DNA of 63,957 nucleotides, filler included, from 7 parts of 7 records of this genome joined end to end with filler, not necessarily neighbours in it, one strand, 5' to 3'. Counted from the whole stretch's first letter, positions 26,365 to 39,091 are shown. Program-made: numbers and translations. Notes: generated from the letters alone by a model not told the origin.

Positions 26365-28091
26365 ATGGATCCAGAGCCTGGCGAGCCCGGGCTGTTTGAG
26401 GCAGCCCTGGGGCGGGCGGCCGGGGCGATCAACGGCAGGTGGAAGCGGACCTAGCCCGGGCGGTACCACCGGGGCCCTCCGACGAGCCGTTACTCGCCGG
26501 GGCTGGATCGGGCAGTCGGCCGCCAGGCTCAGCCGGCAAGCGCCGGCGCCGATCGGAGGAGCAGCTCACGTGCAGGTTGGCCGGCGGGCGGGGCGGGGCT
26601 GACGGCTGCGCCCAGCGAGGTGTGTCGGCAGAATCCGGGCGAGATCTGCCTCGGCGTGCTCGGGCTGCTGGCGGTGCTGCTGCTGGTCCTGGCGTTTGTG
26701 GAGTTTCCCACCGCGTCCGCCCGGCCGGCCGGCGGGGCTGACGAGCTTGCAGGAGAGAGCAGTCGATGCAGCACGCGGCAGCAGTGCACGACAAGCGTGA
26801 GGCGCGGCCGCACAAGGCAAACCGGCCCGGGGTCCCCTGTGATAGAGGACAGGCACCGGCCCCGCCCCGGTCGGCCGGAGAGCGGCCGCTGATCCCAAAG
26901 ACATCTGAGCCGAGCCGGAGCCGGGACCCGCTCGATTCGGCCTACGAGAGCGGGCGGGAGTGGCATAGCATCGAGCTGCGGGATCCTGTGCTAAAGAGGA
27001 AGATCACTCGATGGTTCATGATTTACAAGCCGGAGAGAGTGCAGCAGCCAAAGACCCCCGCGGTGCTTGTGATGCACCCGAACCAAGGCTCGTTCCAGTT
27101 CACCTCCGAGCTATTCCTGCTCGAACCACTGGCCAAGGAGCAAGGCTTCGTGCTCGTGTATCCGCAAGGACTGCCAAACGGCAAAACGCCCACCTCGAGC
27201 CTGTCGCTGGCCAGCGGGCCGAGCTGGAACGCCCTAGGCACCGGCGCGGGCGACCGAGACACGTGCATACACCCTAAGCGGGCGACTCAGACCGCGCAGC
27301 CCACCTGCAAAGAGGCGGGGCACACCTCGGGCTCAGGAGATCCGCTCTCGACTGTGTGTGATTCGACTCCTTGTGCGTCGGACACAGCGTTCATCGGGGC
27401 GCTGATCGATCGGCTGGTGGACACGGAGGGTGTGGACAAACTGCAGGTGCACATCACCGGGCAAGGGCTCGGCGGGATGGCAGCTGAGCAAGTCGGGATC
27501 AGCCTGGCCTCCAAGATTGCCTCGGTGGTCCAGGTCTCCGGCGCCCCGCTCGTGGGCTACAATGATCTGCCGACCGGGCCGGTGTCCCTGCTCTCGATCA
27601 GGGGCCGGTCGGACACGACCATGCCGGCCTCGTCGGACCAAGCATCGAACGGGGACGCTCACTGGTGTCCACACAACTGCAGCACCAACGTAAGCTTGGT
27701 CTCGCCAGAGGGTTTCCACTTTGTGCCAGAAGTGAAAGTGGTCCAGACCTGGGCGCTGGCTGCCGGCTGTAAGGACCTCCGGAAGCGAGCATTCCAACCG
27801 TCGGTGCACATCCCCGGGCACAGCAAGACCCATTTCGCGGACCAGTTTGCTAAGATCAATGGCAGCTGCACTAAGATCGGATCCAGCTGCGGCTCGACGG
27901 TTGAGGTGGTGACATGCATGGTAGACGGCGGGCACTCGCTACCCTGGCACGGTTCGGAGGGATGGACCGCTCAGCTGGAGCACGGCAAGGAACAGCTAGG
28001 GCGAGCTAGTCGCGGCTGGACTAAGGTTGCTAAGGCCAAGCTGCTCTGGCCGCGTCTGGCCTGGAGCTTCATGGCCGCACATCCAAAGTGA
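26365..28091 (+). CDS. Type-II membrane-anchored PHB-depolymerase/LpqP-like alpha/beta hydrolase with the nucleophile Ser absent
   Basis: TM segment ICLGVLGLLAVLLLVLAF joins ORF 26766-28091 via intron 26715-26752. Motifs GFVLVYPQG, SWNA, DTAFIGALID, ITGQGLGGM, GRSD, GGH. Start is uncertain. Confidence 0.7.
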
Positions 28092-28304
28092 TGGAGCCTA
28101 GATGGAGCCTAAGTAAGTACTACGAGCACTAGCCAACTAGATGAAGTTACGAGCAAACACTAAATTGGGTACGTACATGCACGCAATTGTTGATGAATTG
28201 TGTATTGAATACTAGAACAAACTAGCGGTTAACCTAACTCCAGTTTGGCCCGCGAAATCCGGCTTCAGCAGCCGATCCATAATACATTCAATGAGCTCTG
28301 TTGT

Positions 28305-30237
28305 TTAGCGCGAGCCGGCTGCAGCAACCATCGCATTGCGTGAGAGCCGGGCAGTCACTTCATCCGGCGTCCCGTGCAGATAAACTACCACACAGCTCAA
28401 ATTCTCGGTGCTCTCACCATCAAACGCTGCAGTGGTGATCCGCTCCGCTGCCTGCCCCGCAGTCTTGCCCTGATCCTTGGCGGTGGCTGCATGCTCGATC
28501 GCCTCCCTCGGCTGCATGATCGACCAGACCCCGCGCGAGGCAATCACCAGCAAGTCGTCCTCGTCCGTTAGCTCCCAGCAACTCACGCTCGGGGCAGTCT
28601 CGACCAGCCGCTGCGGGTGCTTGTGCCTTCTGTGGCCTACGGAGCGCGACACGGGCAGCATGGTGGCCGGGCGGGCCCACGGGTCCACTCCGCCGGTGTG
28701 CGGCGGCTTCTTCTTCTTGAGCTTCCACTGGGCGCCCGGTGTGGCCAGCGGGTTAGTGTGCACGATCTGGCCGGCCGTGTCGACAAGCACCACCTCGCCG
28801 CCCGCCGCCACGATCCTGGCGCCTTCAGCCTCCACATCCGGAGTATGCTTCGAAGAGCAGTTGACCGCTTTGCCGGCCCTGCGACCATGCCGTTATAATG
28901 CCGTTGGGGTTGCAGCCACCTGTTGAGCACGACCATTGTATCTCCGAGCGAGATTACGTAAAGCTTACGCCCGAGCACCAGCGCAGCGCCCACCGTGCAG
29001 CCGTCGTCTCTCTTCTCCTTCTTGGCGTAGTCAATAAACCGTTGGTCCAGCTCGGCCAGACAGGCGGTGAACGCTAGCCCAACTACCTCGGCCGTGAGCA
29101 CCTTGGGCATGCTGTACTCGACAGCCTGCATTAACTGCCCGCCACTCAGCACCGGCCACCGGCTAGCCTTGCCTGCTGCCCGAGCTCCCCGGCGAGGCCC
29201 ACCCGGCAGAACTCGGCCGCCTGCTCGCCGTTGTGCCCATCGAACTGTGCCAGCCGGTCGGGTCCGGCAGGCTAGCCGGCACACACCACTGCATAGAGCG
29301 CGGCCGGCGAGTTGAGCAAGCGCGTGTGGTCGGGTGGATAGAGGAAGAAAGGGCGCTGGGCCTTGTACAGGTTGTCAATCAGCAGGCAGCGGTCCTCCTG
29401 GTGCCCCCGCCGGCCCCGGTTTTGGTTGACTCCGCCAGTCGAGGGCGCCTCCGGCATCGGGCCCGCGGGCACGGCAGGCTGGTGCACCACCTGCGGCTGT
29501 GGGACGGCCGGCTGGGCCGGGGCGATCTGGCCGGTGTACTGCCAGATCTGCACGTTGCTCCCGCTGAAGTAGCCGGCCGCTTGCCACTGAGACATCGTCT
29601 GCCCGTCGAACGGGCCTGCACACTAGGCTCGAGCCCGCACTCAAGCAGGCGGCACCGTGGGTCTGGCTAGGAGTGCCGTGCAGGTCTGTCACGCAGTACT
29701 GCCACCAGGAGCCCGGGGCCGAGAAATCGTACTGCTGGACCTGCCGGCCGTTGGTTCGGCCCCGCCCGCGTTGGGACCTCCGGCGGTGCCAGCTCCGGGG
29801 CCACCGGCTGTGAAGGGTCCTCCCGCTTGCTGCCGAAGATGACCTCGACCGCCGAGACGTCCTGCGCGTACGAGTGTGCCCAGATCTCTTCGCGCGGCTT
29901 GGTGTAGATGTCGTTGTCGCCGTGGTCATTCAGCTGCATGGCCATCTTGGTTACGCGGTCAAACGTCCCGGAGTCCCCCTTGCGCAACCGCCTGCCCGGG
30001 GCTCGGGGCCGGCCGGCCGGGGGGCTCACTTGAGCGCGTGCGGGACTGTCTCCCGGGCCAGGAGCACCGAGCCTAGGAACTTGCGGCAGGCTGACTCATC
30101 GAATGGCTCCTCAGGCTCCTCCGCGGCCGGCTCCTCATCCTCGGCCGGCCGCTTGCGCGAGGCGCCTGGTCCGGCCGGTTGGGCCCGGGCTTGCCGGCCA
30201 GCGCACCGGGCAGTCCCAAGAACATGTTCGCATCCAT
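28305..30237 (-). CDS. CD2BP2/Lin1(U5-52K)-like region + GYF domain fused to a PP2C-fold domain
   Basis: Spliced model: ETVPHALKRL..FDRVTKMAMQLNDHGDNDIYTKPREEI, then WWQY..HGPFDGQTMSQWQAAGYF. The same exon continues to GRRGHQEDR, followed by FDGHNG, GCT, LGD and EGARIVAAGG. Confidence 0.8.
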
Positions 30238-30270
30238 CCTAGAGAACCCTTGGCCACTCGCCCGAGAGCA

Positions 30271-32074
30271 ATGCCGACCCCGAAACCAACGGACAAAGCA
30301 ACGGAACGTGCTGAGGTGCAGACGTCTGTGATGGCCCAGGCCGAGAGCGGCGTCGGTGCGCGGGCCTGCAGGCGGGCCGGGGGCAGCCGGAGGGCAGCCT
30401 GCGAGCTGGAGCCGGCGGACGAGCTCCGGTCGAGTGCGGCCGCGCAGGCGGTGGAGGGGGCCTGGAATTGCCTTGACCAGATGGAGCGCCGGCTGCGGTG
30501 CACAGCAAGCCGGTGGTGAGGGCCCAAGCCCGGCGGACAGCTGCTGCGACGAGCACGGCAGCCACTGGCGCCGGGTGCAGCGGCTGGCGTACGAGTGGCC
30601 GTTGGGGCTCGCGCTCTGGCTGATGCTGGCGGTGCCACCTGCGCGGCCGGCCGGAGCAGGGGCAGGCCACCGTGCCGACCGCCCTCTGGGAGGGCCATGA
30701 CGACTCGCGCGAGTTCCAGACGCTCGACCGAGTGGTGCTTGGGGTGCCCTCCCCCCCCGCGCCCGCAAGCACCGGCAGATTACGTTTGGGCTCACCATCA
30801 CCGAATGCGGATTCCGGCTCTGGATCTCGTTAGCCGACCTGCCGGTGCACCGACTGCCGCCCCCCCCCGACCGAGGGACAGCCGCGCTGGCTGTCGCTGG
30901 TGCCGCGGCAGGAGCACACGCGGGCCGAGTCGGGGGCGGGGCCTGTATGGTCGCAGTGGTTTCTGTGCTCGCAGGTGGGTGCTGCCTAGTTGGTTGTGAG
31001 TCGTGGGCAGTGCTGCTTGGACGACAGGTTTGGGTCGGACCCAGAGTACAGGGCGGTGCGGGCCGCAGGCTGCGGGGGCAGGACGGGCCGCAGATGGTGC
31101 TCCGGGTGAGAGGATTTGTGATCCTGCGGGCGCTCTGGAACTGGTCACCTAATCATACTACCATAGCATATGGCGTAGCGCCGCTCTTTATATCTCCCGG
31201 CTGCAGCGTCGACTTTGGCGGGTGTGTGTTCTTCCTGGCAGCTGCCTCGACCGCATTCTACCACTACATCGAGGGCGTCAACAAGGGTGCTGCCCCCCCC
31301 CCCAGCTCAGCCCGGCCAGCCCGGCCCAGCCCAGGCCATCAGACTATTCTTCCTGCTCCCTCGGATCCCGGGCGCCGAGCCCGTCTGTGTGGCCGCCTTC
31401 CAGTCCGGTGCCTCGCCCGCAGGCCGGCCGCCAGCCGGTGCCAGCTAACCGGATTGTGCCCACGCTGGTGGTGAGCCTGCTGATGATCTTTGGGTGGTCT
31501 CTTGTGTTCCACTACTTGCTCCAAGGCTTCTGCGACCAGAGCGACGACCCTTGCAGCGGGTGGGCGTACGGGCCGCTCAGCTGACTCGCCGGCTGCAGCT
31601 ACGACTACTGGGGCTCGATCTACGCCGCCATGTGGAGCTGCCTGCAAGTGATGACCATGGACAGCTGGTCCTCGGCGATCGCACGTGACCCCCCCGCCCG
31701 GCCGCGCCAGCCAGCATGCAGGCCCCACGTTCGATGACCACGCGTACATGTGGGCGGTCTTCCTGTTGGCGATTGTCTCACTCGGATTCATTCTGACCAA
31801 CCTAATCACCGGCGTGATCGTGGACGCTATTAGCCGGGCTCAGGACGCGCTAGAAGGCGGCCAGCTAGACCGGGAGGACATCTGGCTCAACTATGCACGG
31901 ACCGGCCAATTCCTGATCGGCCGACAAGAGCACCCGACCGAGCTCCGGCTGGCCAGGCTGGAGGCCATGCTGGGCAAGCTGCTCGCGCACGAGGGGCTCG
32001 ACTGCGGCGGGGCGGAGCTGCGTGCTAAGCCGGATGAGGCCACCCCGGCGGCCGGTGCTGTCCCTTTGATATAA
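30271..32074 (+). CDS. Single-domain (6TM) voltage-gated-like cation channel (BacNav/CatSper/EukCat-like)
   Basis: Pore YWGSIYAAMWSCLQVMTMDSWSSAIARP, S6 FILTNLITGVIVDAI, C-terminal RLARLEAML coil. The N-terminal exon structure is approximate. Confidence 0.75.
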
Positions 32075-32257
32075 CTAAGTGACATAACTAACTCCGAGTG
32101 AGATTTATGTTGGTTCTAATTTTGATTAAGCGCAGTAAATTTGAGGCTAGCTAGCTCAACATGCTGGACCGTGCGCTTCGGCCATATAGCTCTTGTATTG
32201 CTGCCGTGCTTCCATGTAAGCCGAGTACGGAGTCCGGTCCCTAGCCCGCACCGGCCG

Positions 32258-32357
32258 NNNNNNNNNNNNNNNNNNNNNNNNNNNNNNNNNNNNNNNNNNN
32301 NTTAATTAATTAANNNNNNNNNNNNNNNNNNNNNNNNNNNNNNNNNNNNNNNNNNNN
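32258..32357. other. Artificial contig-joining spacer
   Basis: 44 N + TTAATTAATTAA + 44 N. Confidence 0.98.
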
Positions 32358-32561
32358 CGTACGATCGCGACGCGTACGAGTGTACATGTACACGTCAATT
32401 GAGTACGTAGTACTTAACATGTACTCGTCTTGAAATCGGCGTACGAAACTCAAGAACAGTAATTATTTGTTTGTGTTTATTTGGGGGTTATCGCAAGCTA
32501 TCGGTATTAAATTGAGACGTGACGTGAAATGCGCATACACGTGACCATCCAACTGGCGGCA

Positions 32562-33870
32562 TCAGACGTTGGTGAAGTAAACGTCTTGGCCAAGCGATAA
32601 GTGGTACATAACAACTCGCTTGAACGCATTGCTGTGGAATAAATGATCTCCTGACGCCGCCGAATCCTCGCCAAACGACTTTTGCTCGATGCATATGCTC
32701 CAATCGATCCGGACAAATCCTTCATTCGAGTCCAGCGGCACCGGCTCCAGCCCTGCAGCAAGCCGTGACCTACATTAACCACTGGCACGCACCGCCGCCA
32801 TTTGATGCATGCTTCATCAGATGCTCATACATAGCATCGATCTCCTCGGGGCAATCATATGCGCACGACGGATAGGCATCATCACTCAGTTGGTCCGCAC
32901 CCATGAACACCTTCGGGTTGCGCCGCTGGCCTGGCGCTCATGGTCAGCACTCGGCCAAAAGCAATTTCACCACCTTCAGCGGTTGCCGCCAGCCGCTGCA
33001 AAAGCATCTCTGTGGTACCGAATTCGCCCCAGCGGACAACCATCACATTGGTCTTGCTGGTCGTGCCGGCCAGCACCTGGAGCAACATATCGAAGTACAT
33101 GTCGTCAATTCCTTGAAAGTACTCGAGAGGAATCAGCTGCTCTGATTCAGTCTTGCGCAGACAGCGCACTCGGTGCTGGCAGTCGGCCGGCTCCACGTCC
33201 AAGTACACTACGCAGTCCACGCTGTCCGAGGCAGTCTCCCGGAAGGAGTCGGCGGAGCAGATCCGGTCGTACAGCTGCCATTGGTCCTGCCGCCCATAGT
33301 GAACCACCGGCGTGGCCGCGCGTGGCGCTCACCGGGTCCATTTTGCCCTGAAGCCAGTTCAGCTTGGCGAAACAGGTGTCGCCCAGCCCGCCTCGGTCCA
33401 TCAGCACAAGCTTGCCCTGCCCCGGCCGCTCATCTGTCTCCTCCGGATCGCGGGTCACCTCCTCTCGAGCCAGCCGCACTGCCGACACCATCTGCAGTAG
33501 CCGAGTCTTGAGCATGTACACCTGGAAGCTGAAGGCGTAGTCGTGCGGTTGGTCGTAAAAGTACTATTCACACCATCAGGCCCAGCCGCCAGGGACGGGC
33601 ACTCGCCTTCAGAAAGAGCTCATCTGTGGTCTCCTGACACACGTGCACCGGCTCATCTTGGTGGTCGGCGTTGATCAGCTTGCGGATCCCGGCGCAGAGC
33701 GTCGACTTGCCGGAGGCGATGTTGCCTTCTATCACCACGTGCTTGCCCCGGAGGGCGTCTACGATGGCATTCGGGGAAGCGGCCTCCATGCCTGCGCAGG
33801 GGCGTCGGCCGGGACGAGCGGCTAGGGGAGCGTGACCTGTTGCTTGGGTGGGGGTGGTGATGAGTTCCAT
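32562..33870 (-). CDS. Deoxynucleoside kinase family protein
   Basis: VVIEGNIASGKST P-loop, YFYDQPHDYAFSFQVYML, LMDRGGLGDTCFA, VVYLDVEP..C..RV, IPLEYFQGI; includes GC-AG intron 33564-33606. Confidence 0.88.
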
Positions 33871-34005
33871 TGGGCGCCGAGCAGAGATCACCCGCTTTTT
33901 CAAAAAGTCCACGGTGTTTGAAAGTTGATTAGTTCTCAGCCCGCTTTTTTGAAGCTCGAACAAGAGCTCGCGTGCAGCCATGTCAATCAGTCGGAGCGAG
34001 AAGAC

Positions 34006-37000
34006 ATGCTGATGTCCACCTGTGGCGCCGGACCCTCCGTCGCCGAGGCCGAGGAGGAGCTGGAGGACGACTCAGTGTGTGCGGTGTGCGGCGGCGGCGA
34101 ATCCGAGGTCGGGCTGCGACCAGGCCCCCACCTGACCGGCGCGACAGGAGGGCAACCAAATCATCTTCTGCGAGCAGTGCGACGTGCCAGTGCACCAGGC
34201 GCCCTGGGACGGCGCGGGGCGGCCGGTGCGAGCGGGGGCTCGGCAGGAGTGCTACGGGGTGGAGCATGTGCCTGAGGGTGAGTGGTACTGCGACCTGTGC
34301 CGGGAGCAGCGCGGGTCGGCCCGAGCTAAGCCGCCCAGCTGCGCCCTGTGCAAGTCGTCCGAGGTGGGGGCGTTCAAGCCTCTGATCGACCCGGCTGGGT
34401 ATCCCTTTGACTGGCGAGCTGGCTCACTCGGCCTCCAGGAAAGCCAACCAGTGGGCGCACCTCACCTGCGCGCTCTCCATACCGGAGACCTGGCTCGTCT
34501 ACAACGGCAGCGAGATCCAGGCAAACCATCCACGCTAGCACCAGGCGGGGCTCAACCGGGCGGCAGGGTATCAGCGGGGTGGACACGGTTGCCAAGGCAC
34601 GCTGGAAGCTCGAGTGCTCGCTGTGCTCGCGCAAGTCGGGTGCCTGCATCCAGTGTTGCCACGGGACATGCTCTGTGGCCATGCACCCGATGTGCGCCCA
34701 GCAGCGCGGGTGAGCCGCCAGCCCACAGCAGAACGCTGAGTGCCAGTCCAGGTTGAGCTGGCTGGACGCCACCACTGGCTCCTTCAAGGCCCGCTGCCCA
34801 AAGCACATGCAAGCCATGGCCGGCTCCAGCGCACCGCCACGCACACCGAGCGAGGCCGAGAGCGCTGCGAACCGGTGATTGCTTGGGCAGCAGGGTGTCG
34901 GACTGAAGGGTCGGCAGGCATTCAAGGAGTGGCAAGCAAGGTGAGAACAAGACACTGCCCAAGCCCAAACAGCCGACTGACCCGAACCCGGCGCTGTTCC
35001 CCAAACCCAAGCGGTCGCTCCCTGGCTAATCAGCTGGCTGAGCCGGCCTTGGCAGCTGCGGCAACTGCAAGCATTGCCTCAACCCGCACCTCAAGCAGCG
35101 GTGTATTCACATGCCTCGTGGCCCAACCCGAGCCAGCAAGATCGGCCTTCCACCGCGCGGTGCTGCACCTGGCCAATCAGCGACCAGCCACTCACTGTGG
35201 GCCAGCCCCAGTCCAAGAGCGCAACCCACCACCGGAGCAGCCAGCCGCGCAGCTGCTGGATGAGTGGGAGGTCTGGTGGCGGATTGAATCAATCTTGAGT
35301 GGCTGTGCAGGTGCCTGTATCGCTTGAGCAGCGCAGGGCGGTGCAGAAGCAGATGTGGGAGCACGCCGGGCCCTGGTTTGAGCTGTGGGACCCGACGGGC
35401 GGGATTGGCCTGCTGATGGAGGGACTTGAGGCCCAGATCAACAAGCTGGCCGGGGATCAACTTCCTAAGAACGGAATGTTTGAGCTACTGAGCGAGCAGA
35501 TGCAGCGGTTTGCGGCGCTGGAGGCTAGACTGGCGGTGGCGGGTCAGCTTCTGGTTGAGGCTGAGCAGCTTCCGAATAATGTCGTGACCGAGATCCCAGT
35601 TGATGTGGTGAACAAGCAAGCAGTGCCCGAGCTATCAGAGGAGGGCGAGCCGAGCGAGCCGAGTTATAAGCTAAAGATGCGTCTGCGGATTCAGGCCGAC
35701 GGCGAGGTATCCATCGAGCCTGGCAAGTCGCCAAGCTGGTGCTTGGTCTCAATTGATGCGAACCGGCTCTCCGTGCAGGTTGTTGGCTAACTAGCGAGCT
35801 GTTGAGCCAAGGGCTGCAGATCGATATGGCGGAGCCTGATCAGCTGCTGGGGGTAGCCGGCAATGGCTGGGAGGCCAAATGTGTGGAATCCAGCGTACTC
35901 AGGCGGAGCATGCTGGTGCAGGAGCAGCCAGACGGTGAGCAGCTTTGCAGTAAGCAATGACCTGTGCGCTGCAGATGAGCCAATTGAGATCGTCCAATGC
36001 CCCGCCGACTGTCCAGAGAGTGAGCTGCTCGCGAGCCAGCTGGCCGAGCTGCAGGTCATGCCCTAATCGACAATATGCTGACAGAGTGCAGGGCTCGCTC
36101 CAGCAGCTGAGTGCGAACAATGCAGCCAAACTGCAGCAGTTGGAGGCAGTGGCAGCAGGCCAGCTAGCTATGGAAGCAGCCAAGCGTTGCCGAAACGATG
36201 CTGTCGGGAAGTTGGAGGTCCGCTTCCTGGAAGAGCTAGTGACAAAGTCGACCCCGGTTGACCTCGGGATCACGCTCGCTGACGACGACAATGACGACAG
36301 CTGCGAAATGTGTGGCAACGGCGGCGAGCTTCTCTGCTGCGACGGGTGCCCGGCCGCGTTCCATCTGTACTGCCTCACGCCACCATTGAAAAAGATTCCA
36401 ACGGGCGACTGGTACTGTACCCAGTGCACTGCCAGGCAGGAGCGGCAGGCTGCCATCCAGCGCAACCTTGGCAAGACTGACAAGCCAGCAAAGAAGAACC
36501 GCAAGAACGAGTGCGGTTATTGCCAACGAAGGCTATATGATCTGAGTAAGCCTAAGCCAGCAATTGAGAACTCCGACGTGCTTGTTTGCACCCAATGCTC
36601 GCGTGGTTTCCACAAGCAGTGCTGTGGGCAGCCGACCCCCGACCAGGCTGATTTCGTCTGTGAGACCTGTCTCAACCCCCCAGCAACCAAACCCAAAGCC
36701 ACCAGCAAGAAGCCCCCAAGCGCTCTTGGGCTGTTCAGCGCTGCACACAGGGCGGGTGAGTTGCCTATATGAAGGTGGATGGGCTGACTAGGCGGGTGCA
36801 GGGCTCAAGTCTGAGCATCCACACCTGACAGGCGCTGAGCTGAGTGCCAAGCTGTCGGCCATGTGGAAGGCACTGAGCCTGGAGAAGCGGGCTCCATTCC
36901 TGCAGGCTGCCAAAGCAGGGCGGACTGAGGTGGATCCGGGCGAGCCAGACCAACCACTGATGGCCGCACTGGATCGGGTGGATCCAGGCCACTGGGACCT

Positions 37001-38185
37001 CAAGTGCAAGCTGTGCAGCCACAAACAGGGTGCCGCCGTCCAGTGCAGCATTCCCGAGTGCACCAACTGCTTCCACCCTATATGCGCGCACGCTGCCGGG
37101 CTGCACATGGTTATGGACAAAGTCTCTGTGCACGGGTACGACTCTGTGGCGTATTGCCCAAAGCACTCGCGCGAGATCCGCAAAAACTCGCGTCGAGCAT
37201 CTGGCAAGGAATTTCTTCCGTCGCTGCAAGCAGACAGGCCGCTTAGCTGCAGCGTGTGTCATGCTGTTGGGAGCACTGAGAACGAGGGCGAGCTCTACGT
37301 GTGCGAAGACTGTGGAGTCTGCGTGCACAGCAAGTGCTACAACATTGAGCCAGGCACCTCTCGACTTGGGTGGCGCTGCCTGCCATGCACTGCCGGGGTC
37401 AAGCAGCCGGCCTGTGGACTGTGCTCACTCCGAGGCTGTGGGGGGGCGATGGTTCCGGTGCACGGCTCGCCCGGTCTGTGGGCGCACCTGTTGTGTGCCA
37501 AGTTCGTCTACGGTGCAAGGTACGGAGCGCAGCTATCGATTGGTTGATTGTTCGTGTGCAGGGTAGTGGGCAATGCGGTGACCGCCCCACCTGCTGCGCC
37601 AGAGGAAGAGCTCTTCTGCCTGTGCCAGCAGCCCTACGAGGAAGGCGTGCTGATGGTGGGATGTGACGTGTGCAATGGCTGGTTCCACCCAGCGTGAGTC
37701 TACAGCTTGATGTCAAGCGCATGACTGTTGAGACTGCCAGGTGCATCGGGCTCTCGCAGGAGGAGGCCGAACAACTCAAGTTCTATCAGTGCCCACAATG
37801 CGCTGATTCTTCTGAACAGCCCGGTGTGTGATCTATCAATGGATCTTTGGCGTTGAGGCTCATGCAGGCGAAGATCATGAACAGCCTGTCAGTGCGAGTG
37901 GGGCAGTGTGCCCAGGCTGCGGCCACGTGTCAGCCACGTGAGGGCCTTAGACTAATGCCAATTGAGGCGTGGGCAGGCATGCTTTCAATTGTGAGTCGTG
38001 CGGCCAGCTTCTAGTACAGGAGCGGCGGCGTAGCAAGCCAGAGGCCAAGCAGCGCTGGCGCACAGAGTCGAGCAGTTCGCCATACGAGCAGGTCCGCAAT
38101 AGATTGTAAGGTGGCACTGAGCCCACGCCAGAGTGACGACGATGACTTGTTGGACGAACCGCCGTTCAAGAAAGCCAGGCGATAG
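34006..38185 (+). CDS. Multi-PHD chromatin reader (BRPF/JADE-like PZP module, several PHD fingers, HMG box)
   Basis: CAVC..IIFCEQCDVPVHQECYG..WYCDLC; WAHLTCA; DSCEMCGNGGELLCCDGCPAAFHLYCL; AELSAKLSAMWKALS (HMG); FCLCQQPY..CDVCNGWFH. Confidence 0.85.
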
Positions 38186-38667
38186 TCACCATCTGGAGCA
38201 TTGTAGGTTCACGATCTCTGTGTTGTCATTCATTGCGACTAATCAATCAATCGCAATGGTACTCTATGATCACTACATCGCGATTGTAGCTAGCCTTCAC
38301 AATCATGTAGAAATGATGTACATGTATGGCTGAATCTTTACTGAATCGTACCCTAAAGTCTCTAACTTTAATAAACTCATTCCGTGCCTTTAAGTACATT
38401 ACAATGATATTACAATGATTATAAGTCGTGTAGATGGCAAAATTAAATTAATGTTGTACATGACATTGGGCAGTCTTTTAACCATCTTCATTCAATAATT
38501 CTACCATGACAGTCATTGTCATAATCAAAGTCAAGGCGGAAGTTTAATTAGCGTACACGTCAGGTTAATATTAACCGTCACGAACAAAGATGATCACGAA
38601 TTTATAATTTGGAATGTATCGTTGCAGGGTGTATGGGCGGTCCGCCGACTGCCCCCCAACTTGGGTC

Positions 38668-38767
38668 NNNNNNNNNNNNNNNNNNNNNNNNNNNNNNNNN
38701 NNNNNNNNNNNTTAATTAATTAANNNNNNNNNNNNNNNNNNNNNNNNNNNNNNNNNNNNNNNNNNNN
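38668..38767. other. Artificial contig-joining spacer
   Basis: 44 N + TTAATTAATTAA + 44 N. Confidence 0.98.
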
Positions 38768-39091
38768 AGATAGCGGCGGCACTGATTGAGGCGGGGGCCG
38801 CCGAAGAGTAGCCGGAGGGAGATTCCTCGTGGCACGGAATAGTAGAGTAGATTTACTTGGACCTGTAACCGCATAGATTTAGCACAGATTCCTGCTTGTA
38901 CGAGTACCGTATAGTCTAAAATCGGTGGCCTCGTAAGCCAAAATAAATAGTCATAGGTAATTAGAATAGTTTACTGAGATAATGCACTCATTAAGCTACG
39001 ACGCCAGTAAGTCGCAGTCGAGTCCGCTATATCACAAATGTCCGTTGGGGTTGAGGTCAAATGTCGGTTGGAGAATGCACGCACGTGGTGT

